From Saccostrea cucullata (Eukaryota): a stretch of 64,000 bases of DNA. The stretch is taken from NCBI RefSeq assembly GCF_032062105.1, contig NW_026926647.1:186001-250000 (forward strand), given 5' to 3'. Of this stretch, positions 39,667 through 53,227 are shown piece after piece. The notes below the pieces were generated by a model. It was given only the letters and a program-made list of their open reading frames with translations, ran no database searches and was not told where the DNA came from. Position 1 is the stretch's first letter. Every line of letters starts with the position of its first letter. The position numbers and the translations under genes are program-made.

Positions 39667-41254
39667 CATGCTCAGAAATACTATGATTTTACACCTTTAA
39701 CAATTTTACATGTATACATGTTAAAATTGCCACTCACACAAGCACAAAAAGAAATGTAATTTTGTAAAAAGGTATCAAAAAAAAGATGTTACGTTGATTT
39801 TTGTTTGTAAAAATATTTTCTACTTTTGAAAATTATTTTTGTACCGTACAACATGGATAAGATTAAACATAACCTTTTGCTTCTAAGATAAAATACAAAA
39901 TATTAAAAAATGCACGTAGAAAGAAAAATGACATTTTGTCGCCCGGTACCTTGTTAATTAAGAAACATGTCACAATGAGCAGCTAAAATGCATACATATT
40001 ACGTATAAAGGAAGCTTTGTGAGAGCAATTAACAATGACATGAAAGTAATAACGTGGAAGAAGAGTCAGCTTAATAAGGGATCATTATGTAATAATTAAA
40101 TGTTTAACTAGTCTTTAATTTGCTTTTACACTACTAAATTTTTAATCGATTCAAAGTATGAGATAACAATTACATTTTAGAGAATATTCTAAGGGAAATA
40201 GACATGGATATGCTAAAAAGGACAAAGGCTGTTCGGTGTTATGTCTGAAGTTTTTTTTTTAATTTTTCCAAAAAGAATTTTAGGGGAAATATCCATGGAA
40301 AACTGTCAATAAAAATTACCATATGTTTTTATAGTCATAAAGGATGTCCAAAATGAAAAATAGAAAAATTATCCTAGGCCTTTTTAACACAAAAGAATAA
40401 AAATGATATGATAAACCTAGTGAATAACGTAAAGGGAATAAAAGTAAAGTGCATAAATCAGTAGAATTATTACAGGTATTTACATAGTACAATGCACATG
40501 TAAGTCAAAACAATTTAAGAAGTGAATTTAAATATCATCAACTGTTTCATACCTACACATACAAAACGATTTTAATCATCTTTACTTCATGTAGAAAAAT
40601 TTGTGCAACAAAAAGCATTTATATATTTCATTTTCGTGTTAAAACTCATTAAATATTCGATATGTTGTAAAGAAAAAAAATCATTTTCTTCCAGTTTAAT
40701 GTTTGGTTGACAATGAACTTGATATAATTAGACAAAAAAGTATCATAGACTTAATTAACTTGAAAATAGAAATATCTGTCTAAAACTGTTAAATACATTT
40801 AAATGGAAATCAGATTAACAGGGGTTGTCAAACTTATCAAGAAGTTTTCTACACCTGCAAGATTTTTAAGCAACAAATTATAGGTTATCGGTATTTAATT
40901 CCTCATCTTTTATCAATTTCGTCATTTATAGCACATCTATAAATGTAAAACGGTATCATGATTAATCATCCAGGTGGCTGAAATGCAATTCATCATGATC
41001 GCGATATTTTTTGTATGACACAGGTGAACAAGGCCTTTCAAACTTATAACTAGGAAAAATATGAGATAATTGTAAGTTTCTTTTGTACAAATGCATTATG
41101 ACTATTGCTCAATCTGAGAGGAAGATAAGTTATTCTAGCCTCATGCCTCCAACTAAGGCGGATTTGGGATATAAATGCAATCATAATTAAGGCCAAAACA
41201 CATTATGCTTCTGTGTAAAAAAAATAATTGAGAAAAAATCTTTAATCTTCAAAT

Positions 41255-41440
41255 AATTTGCAGGCGCCTTAGCCCTTATTGTCCAGAGGGGTCATTAAAT
41301 CTCATTCGTATATCCGTCTGTCCGTCTGTCTGTCCGTCACAAAATCTTTAACCTTGGTCATATCTTTTGATCTTTTGACCTTGAACTATAAGTTTGACCA
41401 CTTTTCAAAATTGTTGATTTTTCCTTATAACTTTTGATCC
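41255..41440 (+). mobile_element. Helentron/HINE-like fragment
   Basis: (GTCC/GTCT)n tract followed by CTTTAACCTTGGTCATATCTTTTGA..TTGACCTTGAAC; similar decayed units at ~51160-51500. Confidence 0.45.
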
Positions 41441-41496
41441 AGATGAGTCTCTTCTCGGAAAAATAGACAGTTTTATGGTACTAATTTTGTATAGAG

Positions 41497-41709
41497 TACT
41501 GTACACAGGTTAATTTTCGCCCCGTTTTATTTTCGCCCTTTTCGCTCCTGCCACAAGTGGGCGAATTTAAAACGGGGCGAATTCAAATAACATAGTATAA
41601 TTTCTTAAATAGAACTGTGACTGGTCTAATTTAAAACGGAGAAAAATTGTAAGCAAGTGTGAAAGGGCGAAAAAAAAAACACGGGGCGAAAATAACCCTG
41701 TATACAGTA
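41497..41709. mobile_element. TA-flanked Tc1/mariner-type MITE
   Basis: TA|CTGTACACAGGTTAATTTTCGCCCCGT ... ACGGGGCGAAAATAACCCTGTATACAG|TA. Confidence 0.85.
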
Positions 41710-42522
41710 ATTACAGTAGAGATATAATAAAAATTAATATCAAATACATGACACTGAATCGAATATGGGAATAGTATTCTATTTTTATGTATATTGTTTC
41801 TCAAAATTAATTAATTGTTGATATAGGAATTGTCACAATTAAAATTATCTGGCCCCAAAATATCATTTAAGCACAAAAAATTGAGCTAATGACTATCTTT
41901 TGGAAAGCAGATGTTTTTAATTGTATAGTGCTTTTAAACAAAATAGTTAACTTTGATACATATGGATCAGACTAAATCAGACTTTTTTTCTGCAAATATT
42001 GTATGGAATATGGAGACAGAGAGCAATCTAATAATCTACAGTATAAATCGGGAGTAAATCAAATACGAAAATTTAAAAAGATCTTTAAAAGGGTGTATTC
42101 ACGATGACAAAAGAATTGACCTATAGGAGAGAACAATTTCCCGGAAAAAGTGGCATTTAAAAATTAATCTTTATTTGTTGTTTTCTATTGTATATATGTC
42201 TAAAGATTTCAAATTTGTAATTTATACCTAAAATTTATTATTTACAACTTTACATAAACATCCATAGATTGCCGAAACACCATTTTAAAATTTGCCCGTT
42301 AAAGCGTTGATTTTTGCATGAATTTTGGCCTAGAAATCCTTTAGGGCAGGCCTGCCCCTAGAAAAATGTGATACATTTATAGGTTGGGGTGTAATTAATA
42401 TTTTAAGATAGGATTTTTTTAGGGGCACCCATGCCCTGGGTTCGAAATTCATAAAAAACTACAAAAAATAAGGAAACCTGATTTTGATAATCTGCTTCAA
42501 ATTTATACCGTAAAATCTCAAA

Positions 42523-42611
42523 GTCAGACTAGCTCAGTTGATATATGGGCTGACTAGTACACCGTGGATACTTTCTTTTTAAAGTTGGGGGTTCGAATCC
42601 ACCTGGTACCA
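42523..42611 (+). other. tRNA-derived pseudo-sequence (SINE head or decayed tRNA)
   Basis: A-box TAGCTCAGTTG, B-box GGTTCGAATCC, 3' CCA; acceptor and anticodon arms are broken and there is an internal T-run. Confidence 0.6.
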
Positions 42612-43444
42612 TACTTTGAAAGTTAAGAATTTTCGCCTTTTGAAAGACTTTTAAATATTTTTTTTAATAGATTTGTGCATTTTCCCTCAATTATCTATCC
42701 TTTATGCATGCCCATTCTTAAGATAAGAAACACTAAAGAAAGATCAAATCGTAACTGTCCAATGTACAGTTTTCAGTCAGGCGGAACAAATCTCAATATA
42801 AGCACACTTTTTCCGAAGACAAGAATGTTTACTCGATACAGTAATTCTTTGAAGCTTTGAGCTGCGATGAATTTCAATTGTATATATTCCTCAGAATTTA
42901 ATCACATTGATTTTGGCTACATATATCAGTAACTGTACTCCCTTGGATTTTATTTAGGTTTATATAATTTGCAAACATTAATAGCATATTTTATTATATC
43001 CACGGATAAATAGCTTAGACATAAAGAATATAATTTCAAAGACAGTAGACATTGTCATTATGCACAATGAGAAGTAAAGAAAAATATCAATTATTACATT
43101 TGGAGATAACACACTCAGAAAATCAATGAAAGGGTTCTTTCTACGTCTACTCACTGAGATAAAGATTTAGGAAAAACAAATTGTTAAATGTATTCAGCCT
43201 AATGTGAGAACGGAAATCGACAAGCTTTTTGTAGAGAAAAAAACCAAGCCGGTCCTATAGGTCAGATCCCTATTTATAATGAAGTGATCTTTTGACACTT
43301 CATTGCGCATGGAATATATTTTGGGCCAAAAAAAAAAAAAACATGTTCATGAAAAAGTAGACGAGTTTGTAACAATGACCTTTTAAGCAAAAAAAAAAAA
43401 ACTTATCACAAGGTCGTATTTTTGCCCACATGTTTCGTGAACGA

Positions 43445-43790
43445 TATATGGATATAACGAACAGTATTCAATATCCAAGTCCATAAAACAATACAAGATA
43501 GGACCAGAGCAAACACGGACTTTCAAAACATCAGAGGTGGGATGAGGTGCCATGTTAGGCCTTAGTTTCTAATCTGAATTGGCTACGATAATTCAATCTA
43601 TCTTATCAATATATAGGGCTCACGGCGGGTGGGACCGGTCAACAGAGGATGCTAACTCCTCCTATATACCGGATTCTACGTCTGAATTTCGAGGTGTCCG
43701 TTTTGTATGCCCATGCTATGTCACGTATTGTATTGTTTACAAAAGATCACTTTGCGATATCTTCATCATTTACATTACAGTGTCCATATA
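43445..43790. repeat. Inverted pair of the Penelope-like dispersed repeat
   Basis: Minus copy 43445-43553 (CATCAGAGGTGGGATGAGGTGCCATG) followed by plus copy 43615-43790 (CACGGCGGGTGGGACCGGTCAACAG). Confidence 0.7.
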
Positions 43791-45139
43791 GAAAATCAAC
43801 AAAGGACATCCGTAAGCGGGATATAATACTTGGACTTATATATTTGAACTGTTTGAATATTCCTTTCAATGTACGTTGCAGAGATTGACATCAAGGTAAA
43901 TCATATAAATCTTACTTTAAGAAATTCAGGTGAAATTGATTTTTGCATAAAAGAACTATTTTAATCAAAATGTGAAAACAATTTGAATCTAAAGATATTC
44001 AGTGCCAGATAATGATAAAATATTCAAAATTTCATCAAAGGAAGAGTACATTTACATAACTTGTCTTTGGCTGTATTAAATTTAAATGTCTTCTTCTTAA
44101 CGTTCTCGAAATTCCAGCTGCCTCGAGATTTGATCAAAAATAGAAACTTTCTTGCATCTTAAAATTTACAACAAAGGTCAAGATATCATTCTTCAAAAAA
44201 GAAATATTTAATTGAATTTCATTTAATTAAAAAAATGAAGCAACATGAATATTCAATTATCTTTTTAAGGTATTATTTGAGTTCAAACAAAATAGCAGTT
44301 ATGAAACTGCTGCCAAAATGATTTTTTACTACTTATTTTGGTGATAAAGCAATCCGATACAGAATAATTACCAAATTAAAAGTTATAATTGTTCCATTTA
44401 AATTAAGAATCCCCCCTTTGTTTTTAGCTACATTGACATTTTAATTGTGCATTGCAAATAAAGTTTTAAGTATTTTATCATGCATTTGTATAAAGTATTT
44501 CTTTTTTTTTATTATTTATTTCTTCATGTGATGAAGAGATAATTATTGTTAAAATCAAATGAATTCAAACCCCCTTCTGATTTTTGGTTGTTTGATTGAG
44601 TATGATTTGTTCGAAGAATTTAATGTTTTACTCATGACGATAGAATAAAAATTATTACCTCAAGAAACTGTTTGTTCTATCTTTTTCATTGCATATATAT
44701 GACAATCTGGAAAACAAAAAAATATTTCAAATTTTATATTTTATTTCTTTTTGATGTTGCAAATATTTATAACATGGACTTTAACATGTAATACCTTTTC
44801 TTTGAAGCAACAATTGATTTTCAAAATGCTTATTTAAAACTGATTTGATGTTTGAAGTCCATATTACATCAATAAAAATATAGGGAAAAAATCACAAAAA
44901 TTGGGTAATGCATTCCTTACAAAGCCTTTCCCGAGTGTCTGACTGTCTGAAAGCGGTCAGACTCAAAAAAAATTTCTCTTTAACCCTGAATTTATTCCTT
45001 TAAAAATCGTTTAACCCTTCTTTTAAACTTTCTAACTTCACGTTCTCAAGTATTTTTTTTTATACAAATTATGCCTACATGCTTGCTATTTCTTCTATCA
45101 TAAGATAGGGCGAAAAACCTTTTTAAGATATGCCTTATT

Positions 45140-45770
45140 TCTAATGTGGGTCATAATGCTTACCTGAATTACATGTACTTTAGCCCTGCTCTTCTTCACC
45201 ATAATTACCCCCATGTAATACCTATGGTGGGCCCAGCCTACCCCATGATTATTGTTATGATTTTAACAATTAAGAAGTTAAACTCTCAAGGATTTTTCCA
45301 CATAAAGTCTCAGCTTTTCTGGCCCAGTGATTCTTGAAATTTTAATTTTTTTTTATATTCCAATTTAAAAGTTCCGTTTTGTAGCCCCACCCTACCACCG
45401 GCGGTCATGATTTAAAAAAAAATAGAATCTGAACAACTCTAAGATGTTTCATATCAAGTTCAGTTTTTCTAGCCCAATGGCTCTTGAGAATATTTTTAAA
45501 AAAATTATTTCAATATATCTCAATGTAAAATTTAATTCCTTTTTGTGGTCCCCCTTTATCCCGGGGGATGGGGTGGGAGGTGTCATGATTCTAACACTTT
45601 TTAATCCGCACTACCCCCAAGGTATATGTTTCAGCCTTTTAAGGCCCAGTAGTTCTTGAGCCAGTTGAAAATTTGAAATCTTTACAGTCGGACGGACAGT
45701 CAGATGGATGGACTACGAACATCGTTTGATCAGAAAAGCTCAGTTGAGCGTTAAGCTCAGGTGAGCTAAA
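45140..45770 (-). mobile_element. Non-autonomous Helentron with decayed Cg170-like units
   Basis: Plus strand ends GATCAGAAAAGCTCAGTTGAGCGTTAAGCTCAGGTGAGCTAAAA after a GACG/GACA tract; internal GGCCCAGTGATTCTTGA units. Confidence 0.8.
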
Positions 45771-46144
45771 ACACCTGTTGTATTATTTTAAAAATTCTTT
45801 AAGTTAATTTGCATTGTCTAGACCAAATTTTGACCTAATTTTAAAGTCTGCATATTAATCTAATAAAGTGCGATATAGAAAATTGGAATGTGTTTTAAAT
45901 TCAAATACCGTGTTGATATTCCATAAGTGCTAAAATGGGCTATTGCGTCGATGACATAATATTACATCTGATGCAACAATAAATGTCATTTAACAAAAAC
46001 AATACAATACTATCTTAAATTTTTTCAGAAACTCATCATTATTTTTCTTTCGGAAAACTGATTTTATAGTAAGTTTTTTTAAGATGCAGTTTGTTGATAA
46101 ACATTTCATACCTTAAAAGTGATCAAGGATCGAGTATTTATCAA

Positions 46145-46145
46145 C

Positions 46146-46180
<35 letters not shown>

Positions 46181-46630
46181 GACTAAGGGTAGGAAAAAGT
46201 AGAAAATGGCTTTTCATTGTAAAGTTAAAATCCAAAAGTAGTCCCATGAACAATCATGAATTTGCCATTTTTTTGAAAATGATTTTTAAAGAATTTTCGT
46301 AACAGACTATCTGGAAAAAAACTTTGGTCGAATTTTGGCCCCGCCCTACCCCTGATTTGAAAGTACATGTTTGACTTGAACAAGCTACAGCAAGCCATTT
46401 CAGCGCGCCAATATAAATATGATGAATTATGGCTTTGTCATTCTTGAGAAGAAGATGTTTAAAGAATTTTCCGCAAATTTTCTATGTAAAAGACTTATCC
46501 GCAGTATGCAGAGGCGTTGTCGCGCGGTTATTCAAGCACGGGGTGGTCATACAGCATATTGAACACATCATATATATATGTGCAAACTGTTATGTCTGAG
46601 AAGAAATTTTAAAGAATTTTCCTTTACCAA
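46145..46630 (-). mobile_element. Helentron 3' end and satellite remnant, interleaved with Tc1 sequence
   Basis: AACAAGAGGCCCATGGGCCACATCGCTCACCTGAG is the reverse of the 27026-27058 terminus; TTCTTGAGAAGAAGAT units follow. Confidence 0.65.
46491..46562 (+). mobile_element. Tc1-family transposase C-terminal fragment
   Basis: Translates RLIRSMQRRCRAVIQARGGHTAY*, the typical Tc1 C-terminus (SMxRRcxAVIxAxGGxTxY). Confidence 0.85.
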
Positions 46631-47497
46631 TAAAACTTTTCTTTCTGTTTAAGGGGTTGTGTGACAATTAATCGCAAAGCACGTTAACGCTTCATTGATT
46701 TTTGATAAACACAATAAAAATTGTTTGTTAACTCGTTAAAGATTTAATATTATATAGTTATAATGGAATATAATAAATCATGATCCTTCACTCATTTGGT
46801 CTAGTATATATAAATAACCATCTTATATTTTTCTTCAAAAACTCTTGAACATTTTTTTTCTTTCTGAAAACTGATGCCAAAGTAAGTTTTATGAAATGCG
46901 CTTTTTGTTCATAAAATTCCATCACTGCAGAATTTATCAACAAAAAGCGAGAGCCTTTAAACTGAAACCGTTAATTACCCATATGAGATTTTCACTGCAT
47001 GTTGTCATTCAGGGGAAGAACCTTTATACTATAGGAAATGTTAATTGAAAGCCTGGTTGCCCCCCCCCCCCAGTTTTAGTGATGTACAGAAAATGTAGTA
47101 TTAGAATTGGTAGTAAAAGTAGTTGACACTGAGAAAAAGTTCACCCCCCCCCCCCCATATAAATAGGATTATGGACTTTGGGCTAGTTTTCCTTTTTTTT
47201 TTTTTTGCTTGTCAACTTTTATCAGGTAAGTAAAAAAAAAATTTTCTTTGGCTGCCCCCCCCCCCCCACTTTCAAAAACGATGCTACGCCACTGAGATTT
47301 GTTTATCATCAACCTTTGATTATTCTTTTTCTTCATTCTAAAACTTTATTTTTTGGTTTTATTTTGTATTTCACATTTACATGCATTACATGTAATAAAG
47401 GGGCATCCTGGGAGGGTTTTGTAATGCATAGCTGGAAACTGATTTTGAATCAAGATACCAATTTAAAAAAAGAAATATAAATTGTGAGAGAATAAAA

Positions 47498-48337
47498 GAC
47501 CTCAGAACATTAACTGGCAAAATTGGAAATATACAGCTTACGTCATTTCTATCTGTTACTATCAAAACATTCAGTGATAGACAATGAAATGGGCGGGGAA
47601 CAATTCGAAAATGCGGACGTTTGGAAAACATCGGATTGAAATTGCAGATCGAAATTCATTTTCAATCCACCTCAGCTACGCTAGAAGGCACATTATTAAG
47701 TACTGACTGACCCAGAAGACAAATAATTTCAATTTTGGTACAGTTAATTTTTTGTCCAGTGTTTGAAATGAATAAATATTTAAGGGACAAATATTTCATT
47801 TCTGTTTGGTAAATGTATATCTTTGTGTTGGGGGGGCTGGGGGGGGGGGGGGTTGAACGATTTTTAAATAAAGTTGTACAACAGTTTTCAGCGAGAATAA
47901 GTATAATACGCATGCACTTTTATAATCCTAGAATTAAAATATATTGTCATGTTAAGCCATGACCTGACTCCACAAATTTTTACCCCCCCCCCTCCTAGAA
48001 TCAAATATCTCCTGAAAATTAATATTTGTCTTGTATGATAAAAAAACGTTCTTAAAATTATAAGCTAAATCTTGTATTATTGTGAACTTCAAACAATATG
48101 TATTTGGGAATTGAAATATAGTTGATTTTTGGATCATACATTCACTCTTTGCTTTGAAAACAGCTCAGGTGGATTGAAAATTAATTTCGATCTGCAATTT
48201 CAATCCGATGTTTTCCACACGTCTGCGTCGAAATGTACCCGCCCATTTCGTTGTCTATCACTGAGTGTTTTGATTGTAACAGATAGAAATGACGTAAGCT
48301 GTATATTTCCAATTTTGCCAGTTAATGTTCCGCGGTC
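47498..48337. mobile_element. Non-autonomous DNA transposon with ~180-bp TIRs, Kolobok-like
   Basis: 47498-47677 is the near-perfect inverse of 48162-48337. Termini GA..TC; TTAA on the right (48338-48341), degenerate on the left. Confidence 0.8.
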
Positions 48338-48589
48338 TTAAGAAAAGAATATCTTATGAGATAAGTTAATAGACGTACAATTTATATAAATCTATCTGTG
48401 TATAACGGTTTTAAATAGAAAATTTAATCCCGAAAAAAATAAACCAATTTAACAACGATTTCAAAATAAACATGGTTTAGTGGTACATTTTACAACTGAA
48501 ATAGGTATAACCTTAAATAAAGGGTAAACCGCATATCATTCCTAACTGCCAACGTATCCTTTGATTTATAAGATACACATTTACCATCT

Positions 48590-48986
48590 TATGGTTGCAT
48601 ATTTATGCCATCCACATAATTTTTTGTCAACATAGCAAATCATGTCAAGTCAAGATAACTATCTCGTCAAGTGATGATAACTTTCTGGATTGTCTACAAA
48701 GACCGACTTTATATCTTGTCAAGTCAAGATAAGCTATCACGTTTTGTTGCAATAGCTATCTTGACATAACGAGATAACATTTAATCGAGATACAAAATGA
48801 ATTATCTCGTTTTGGCGAGATAGCTATCGCAAAAATACGATAGCTTATCTTGACCGGACAAGATAAAAGTTGGTGTTTGACGACAAACCAGAAAGTTTTC
48901 ATGACCTGACGCGATAGTTATATTGACTTGATGTGATATCTTATGTTGACAAAAAGTTATGTGGATGGCATAAATATGCCACCATA
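48590..48986. mobile_element. Foldback MITE of IS3EU type (TATGG..CCATA termini, 6-bp TSD)
   Basis: TSD CCATCT at 48584-48589 and 48987-48992. Nearly the whole element is one imperfect inverted repeat with ~190-bp arms. Confidence 0.88.
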
Positions 48987-49234
48987 CCATCTCTCTGCCT
49001 ATTAAATATGTGCAGATGATGATAATTTTATCAATTTTTTAGTTGAGTTTTATGTTTTTATAAATAGAAAAAAGTTATGTTGATTTCTTTCAATAACACT
49101 TCCAAAATATTTAACCTTCTATTCAGACGGCACACAATAAAAAGATCGGAAGTGTTTTAAAATGGAGAACTTTATGCATTCTTTTGGGGGCCAAAGAAAA
49201 TTTCCATATATATTGTGAATGGCATTAAACATAT

Positions 49235-49347
49235 GGACACAAAGAACAGTATTCCAGATCGAAAGTCCATAAAACAATAGGAGCGGAGCAAACATGGACC
49301 TCCAAAACATCAGAGGTGGGATCAGGTGCCATGGAGGAGTGAGCATG
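49235..49347 (-). repeat. Penelope-like dispersed repeat fragment
   Basis: CCTCCAAAACATCAGAGGTGGGATCAGGTGCCATGGAGGAGTGAGCAT, the inverse of ~16255-16300. Confidence 0.75.
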
Positions 49348-50574
49348 AAAGGAGATTCAAAATCGATTTTTTTTCTGGCTCATTGATCCTTTACCATTAA
49401 AAGAGTTCACTTGTGGTGCCTAATGTTTAAGTACTACTCAACGCAAATAATTTAAACATCTGAGCGAATTACAACATGTTCCTGTATTTCTAGACTTTTT
49501 ACACACTGCTTCTCATTGCATTGCATATATTTCATATATATTTTTGTATCCAAACCAACGTTTGTATATTACGTTTTTTTTTCTAGGATGTTCATAAAAT
49601 TTTCTTTAATTTAAATTTAAGACTGTTTTTATTTTATTTTCCTTAAATCTATCTCTCACATTTTTTACTAACTGCTAATATAAACTTTCATCTTTTTTTT
49701 TGTTTTCTGACTACTTTGCTTCACTGATGTCCAATAAAAGAACTGTTAAAAAACTGACACTAAGAAATGCAGACGTTCTACGTAATATGTATAATGTTTG
49801 TTTATTAAGGGGCAAAGAGGAGACGAGGTTGCATTGAATATTCCTCGTTTGTGTAACAAGGTAACATAAAGTCCTTCTCATTTGTGTCATGTATTGCAGG
49901 ATAAAATGAAATTCTATACAGAAGTTACTTATATCACCTCTTACTTTCACCTCTTAGTTTAAAAGATGAATTTTAAGAAAGATAATAATTGACATATTAC
50001 ATTAACATTTGATTTGAATTGCCCCAGGTGATGAAAAGTGATTGTAATTGATTTTTCTATCTTCTTAATATAGATTATGGCCTGTAAAAAATAAGATTTA
50101 AACCTGAATCATAGTGGTTAAACATTGCTGAGTATACCAAAACTACATTGTTATTATAGCTAACTATAATATACCTTAGTTCAACCTTTGCTAACTATAG
50201 TTAACTAAGAAAAGATTTTCATATTTTTTATATAGAATGTACTTTGAAACTTTTCTCCGATACATTTTCGAGATTTCTTTTAAATCTTAAATCTTTGAAT
50301 TAAATTGCTGTGAAATGTGGTTATAGGATTTGAATGTTAAAGTCTAAATTCCATTTTAAATATTTAATGAACACGCGCATGGATTTGAAAACATTAAATT
50401 TATTTCAATCTAAAATCAATGGTAAAATTCCTTGATTTCCTAGTAAAAGTAAAAACATTGAGGTACTATCAACTGCCGATGTTGCTCTTGTCTCCAAACC
50501 TATTCGATACCACAGAGGATGCTCTCTATACGAAAACATTTTTAATCTTAGCATGTATCTGGACCACTGGTTCA

Positions 50575-50900
50575 CGAAGATATGGAAATAACGAACAGTG
50601 CTCAAGCTCAAAAGTCCATTAAATTATACAGAATAAGAGCTGAGAAATCATGGACCTTCAAAACATCAGAGGTGGGATTAGGTGCCAGGTAGGAGTGAGG
50701 ATCTCCTGCCGACCGGTCATGATCGAAAACTAACGGAAAAATCCGTTGACAATTCAGTGTGTGTATAATGGGCTACATGTAGCAATTGTTTATAAAAAAC
50801 GACAGTCAACATTTGACATAATGACTAATTGTATTTGCTGACAATGTAAGTGTATCAACCATGGAAATTAAGACTTTAAACGTGAATTTAAACGAGACTG
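50575..50900 (-). repeat. Longer copy of the Penelope-like dispersed repeat
   Basis: GATATGGAAATAACGAACAG...AGAGGTGGGATTAGGTGCC...AACGGAAAAATCCGTTGACAATTCAGTG, inverse of 16135-16380 and extending further. Confidence 0.7.
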
Positions 50901-53074
50901 CTTGTAACCATGAAAGCGATTTCAACAATATTGTTTGAAGATGGCATTTCACAAAGTCTATAGTCAATAGAATAAGCTTAATAGCAAATATATCCTATCT
51001 TTGGTTCTTCATTAGGCTGCCTTGCTTCATATCAATTGTTAAGCCTTTGTTTTGACTTTAGAATCGAAGAAGCTGGGGTCTTACGTGTATGTTTCACAAG
51101 TGTACATGTGCATACTGTGATAAGACTATTCCATGATATATATATAAATATGTTTATCGTTTTAACCTTGACTTTTGAGTTTGACCCAATTTTAACAAAT
51201 TTTAACCTTGGGTAGACCTTTTTAAACGAAAACTAGAGCCTGCATATTTCACAGGAGTATTCTATTTTACAAGGCCTTCCTTCGGATACCAAAAATGTTG
51301 ACATCTGGGCTTGAATTTGAGTTTCACTACTTTTAAATCAATTTAGCCATAGCTTTTGGCAAAGGTGATACAAGGGTTTTTCGTATTTAATATGTATGAT
51401 TCTTAAGACAAGGTCTTCCCTTTGATACACTTATTTTGGCCCCTTGACATGGATTTTAGGTATGTCCCACATTTAAAGAAATTAACATTTATCATAACTT
51501 TTTAATGGTTAGTGCATTTGAGAAACTTTCTTTAACCTCTGTTTACTTTTAATAAATGAGTAAAATTGATATCAAGAAAAACGTAGGTGTATACTTAGTG
51601 ATTGTTTTTAAGTTTTGTGTGAGTTATTGGTGTGTGAATCACACAAACTTGTCACGTAGGCATATTTCATGAAGCGCGCTAGGTACATATACTTTCATTT
51701 GATTCCAATATCGGACGAAAATTACGCTGAATATAGACGTTAAATTTACGCAAAATGTTGGCTCAATCACCATCTTGAATTTGATAGTAAAGGCAGTATT
51801 AAAGTATTTTTGTAAGCGTTCCTTATATATAGGTTCAGTGGGGTTGTTAATTTTTTTTTATATAGAATACGTATGGGTTATGTATTTCATAAGAATTAAA
51901 TGTATCGGTTATCAGGTATCATCAATACATTCTTTTGCTTCCCCTAACTTAATTTGAAGGACAAATAAATTTGAAATTTATTTCTTGGGCGAAAAAAATG
52001 TTTTGATATTTTCAATCAAGTTATGAAGAATATAGAGAAAAGTCGTACAGTTGTATATGATTTAATGTCAAACCAAAACCACATGCCACAATAAAAGAAA
52101 AAAAAACAATCACAAATATTTTAATTACCATCTTATAAAACAACATCAATATTAGAATCAAAACAGATATTCACCTGTCACATTCATTTCATATAAAATA
52201 TTTGCTAATTGTCAATTCAGTCTCTTGTTTGACACATGTTTTCGTGTTTCCTCGTTCTGAAGCTTACAGAGGAGCTTGGTTATCTTGCAGTCACAAGTAT
52301 AATTAATTGCCTTCACTAAACCTGTTGCAGATAATAATACCACAAGTTTCCGGCGAGAAAAAAAATGAGGCTCTAGGTGGGTCGCGCCATTTCAAAAATC
52401 TTTTCTATCTCCCCAAACGAAAGAGCTCTATTTTTTTTAAGATTTAGTTTTATGATACGATTTCATGTGATGCTAGAACAACAAAAATGTTCTCTGGTAG
52501 AAATAAGATATGTGATTGAGATGTTTTGATCATTACACATTCTCATTCCAGCCTCGGGGCTTCTTTTTATTCCAGACCCGATTTAAATTTCTATGCGTGA
52601 CACTTATGACACCGTAAATTTCTTTTTGCAGATACGGAACTCTGACGTATATCTTTATGCATATTAATTAACCGCTAATTGCCGCGCGAGGCTTCCCGAC
52701 TTCATTATTTCGTTTACCTTAAACAAGAGGTTGTTTCGAGGCTAGTTTCCGAAGTACACGCTCATTATTTTCAGTTTCGTGAAATTGTTGGGTGTAGTCG
52801 GCCAGGGCTCTATTGCTATTGAAGAAATTTGACAATTTTGACGGTTCTTTTTGTGTGTGAAACATGGAAGAACTTATTACTTAATTTCATCGAACAAATA
52901 CATTTTTTTCTTCTGTTTTAGAGAAGGAATTATGGTCACACCTTAAATCACTATAAAAATATATATATTCTCATATTAGTATTATAAGAGGAAAAATTTT
53001 GTTTTAAAGTTATTTACGCAACTGTTGGATATTTTACACAAGTGTTTTGGATAAAACCACAGTTTACATTTACA

Positions 53075-53227
53075 ATGTTTCGTTTTGTGGTATTCTTGAT
53101 ATGGACTTGTTTTGCTCTTCGGATACATTCGGCACGCCTCTTTGATCCGACACCCCGGAATGCCCTCTGGACTTACTCATCCCTCTTGGACAATGGCGGC
53201 TCAGTTCTTGATTGTGGAGGAATAGAT
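53075..53227 (+). CDS. AA15-like LPMO (chitin-binding type 4) domain protein, coding exon 1
   Basis: MFRFVVFLIWTCFALRIHSARLFDPTPRNALWTYSSLLDNGGSVLDCGGID|GTAAGT: signal peptide plus the RLxDPxxRxxxW and CGG motifs; phase 0. Confidence 0.88.

Noticed and set aside
42523-42611. Functional tRNA gene
   Set aside because: A and B boxes are present, but the acceptor stem and anticodon arm do not pair and an internal T-run would terminate Pol III.
52620-52925. Possible 5' UTR acceptors (TTTTTGCAG at ~52631, TTCTGTTTTAG at ~52921) for the LPMO-like gene
   Set aside because: Plausible but cannot be supported without transcript data.
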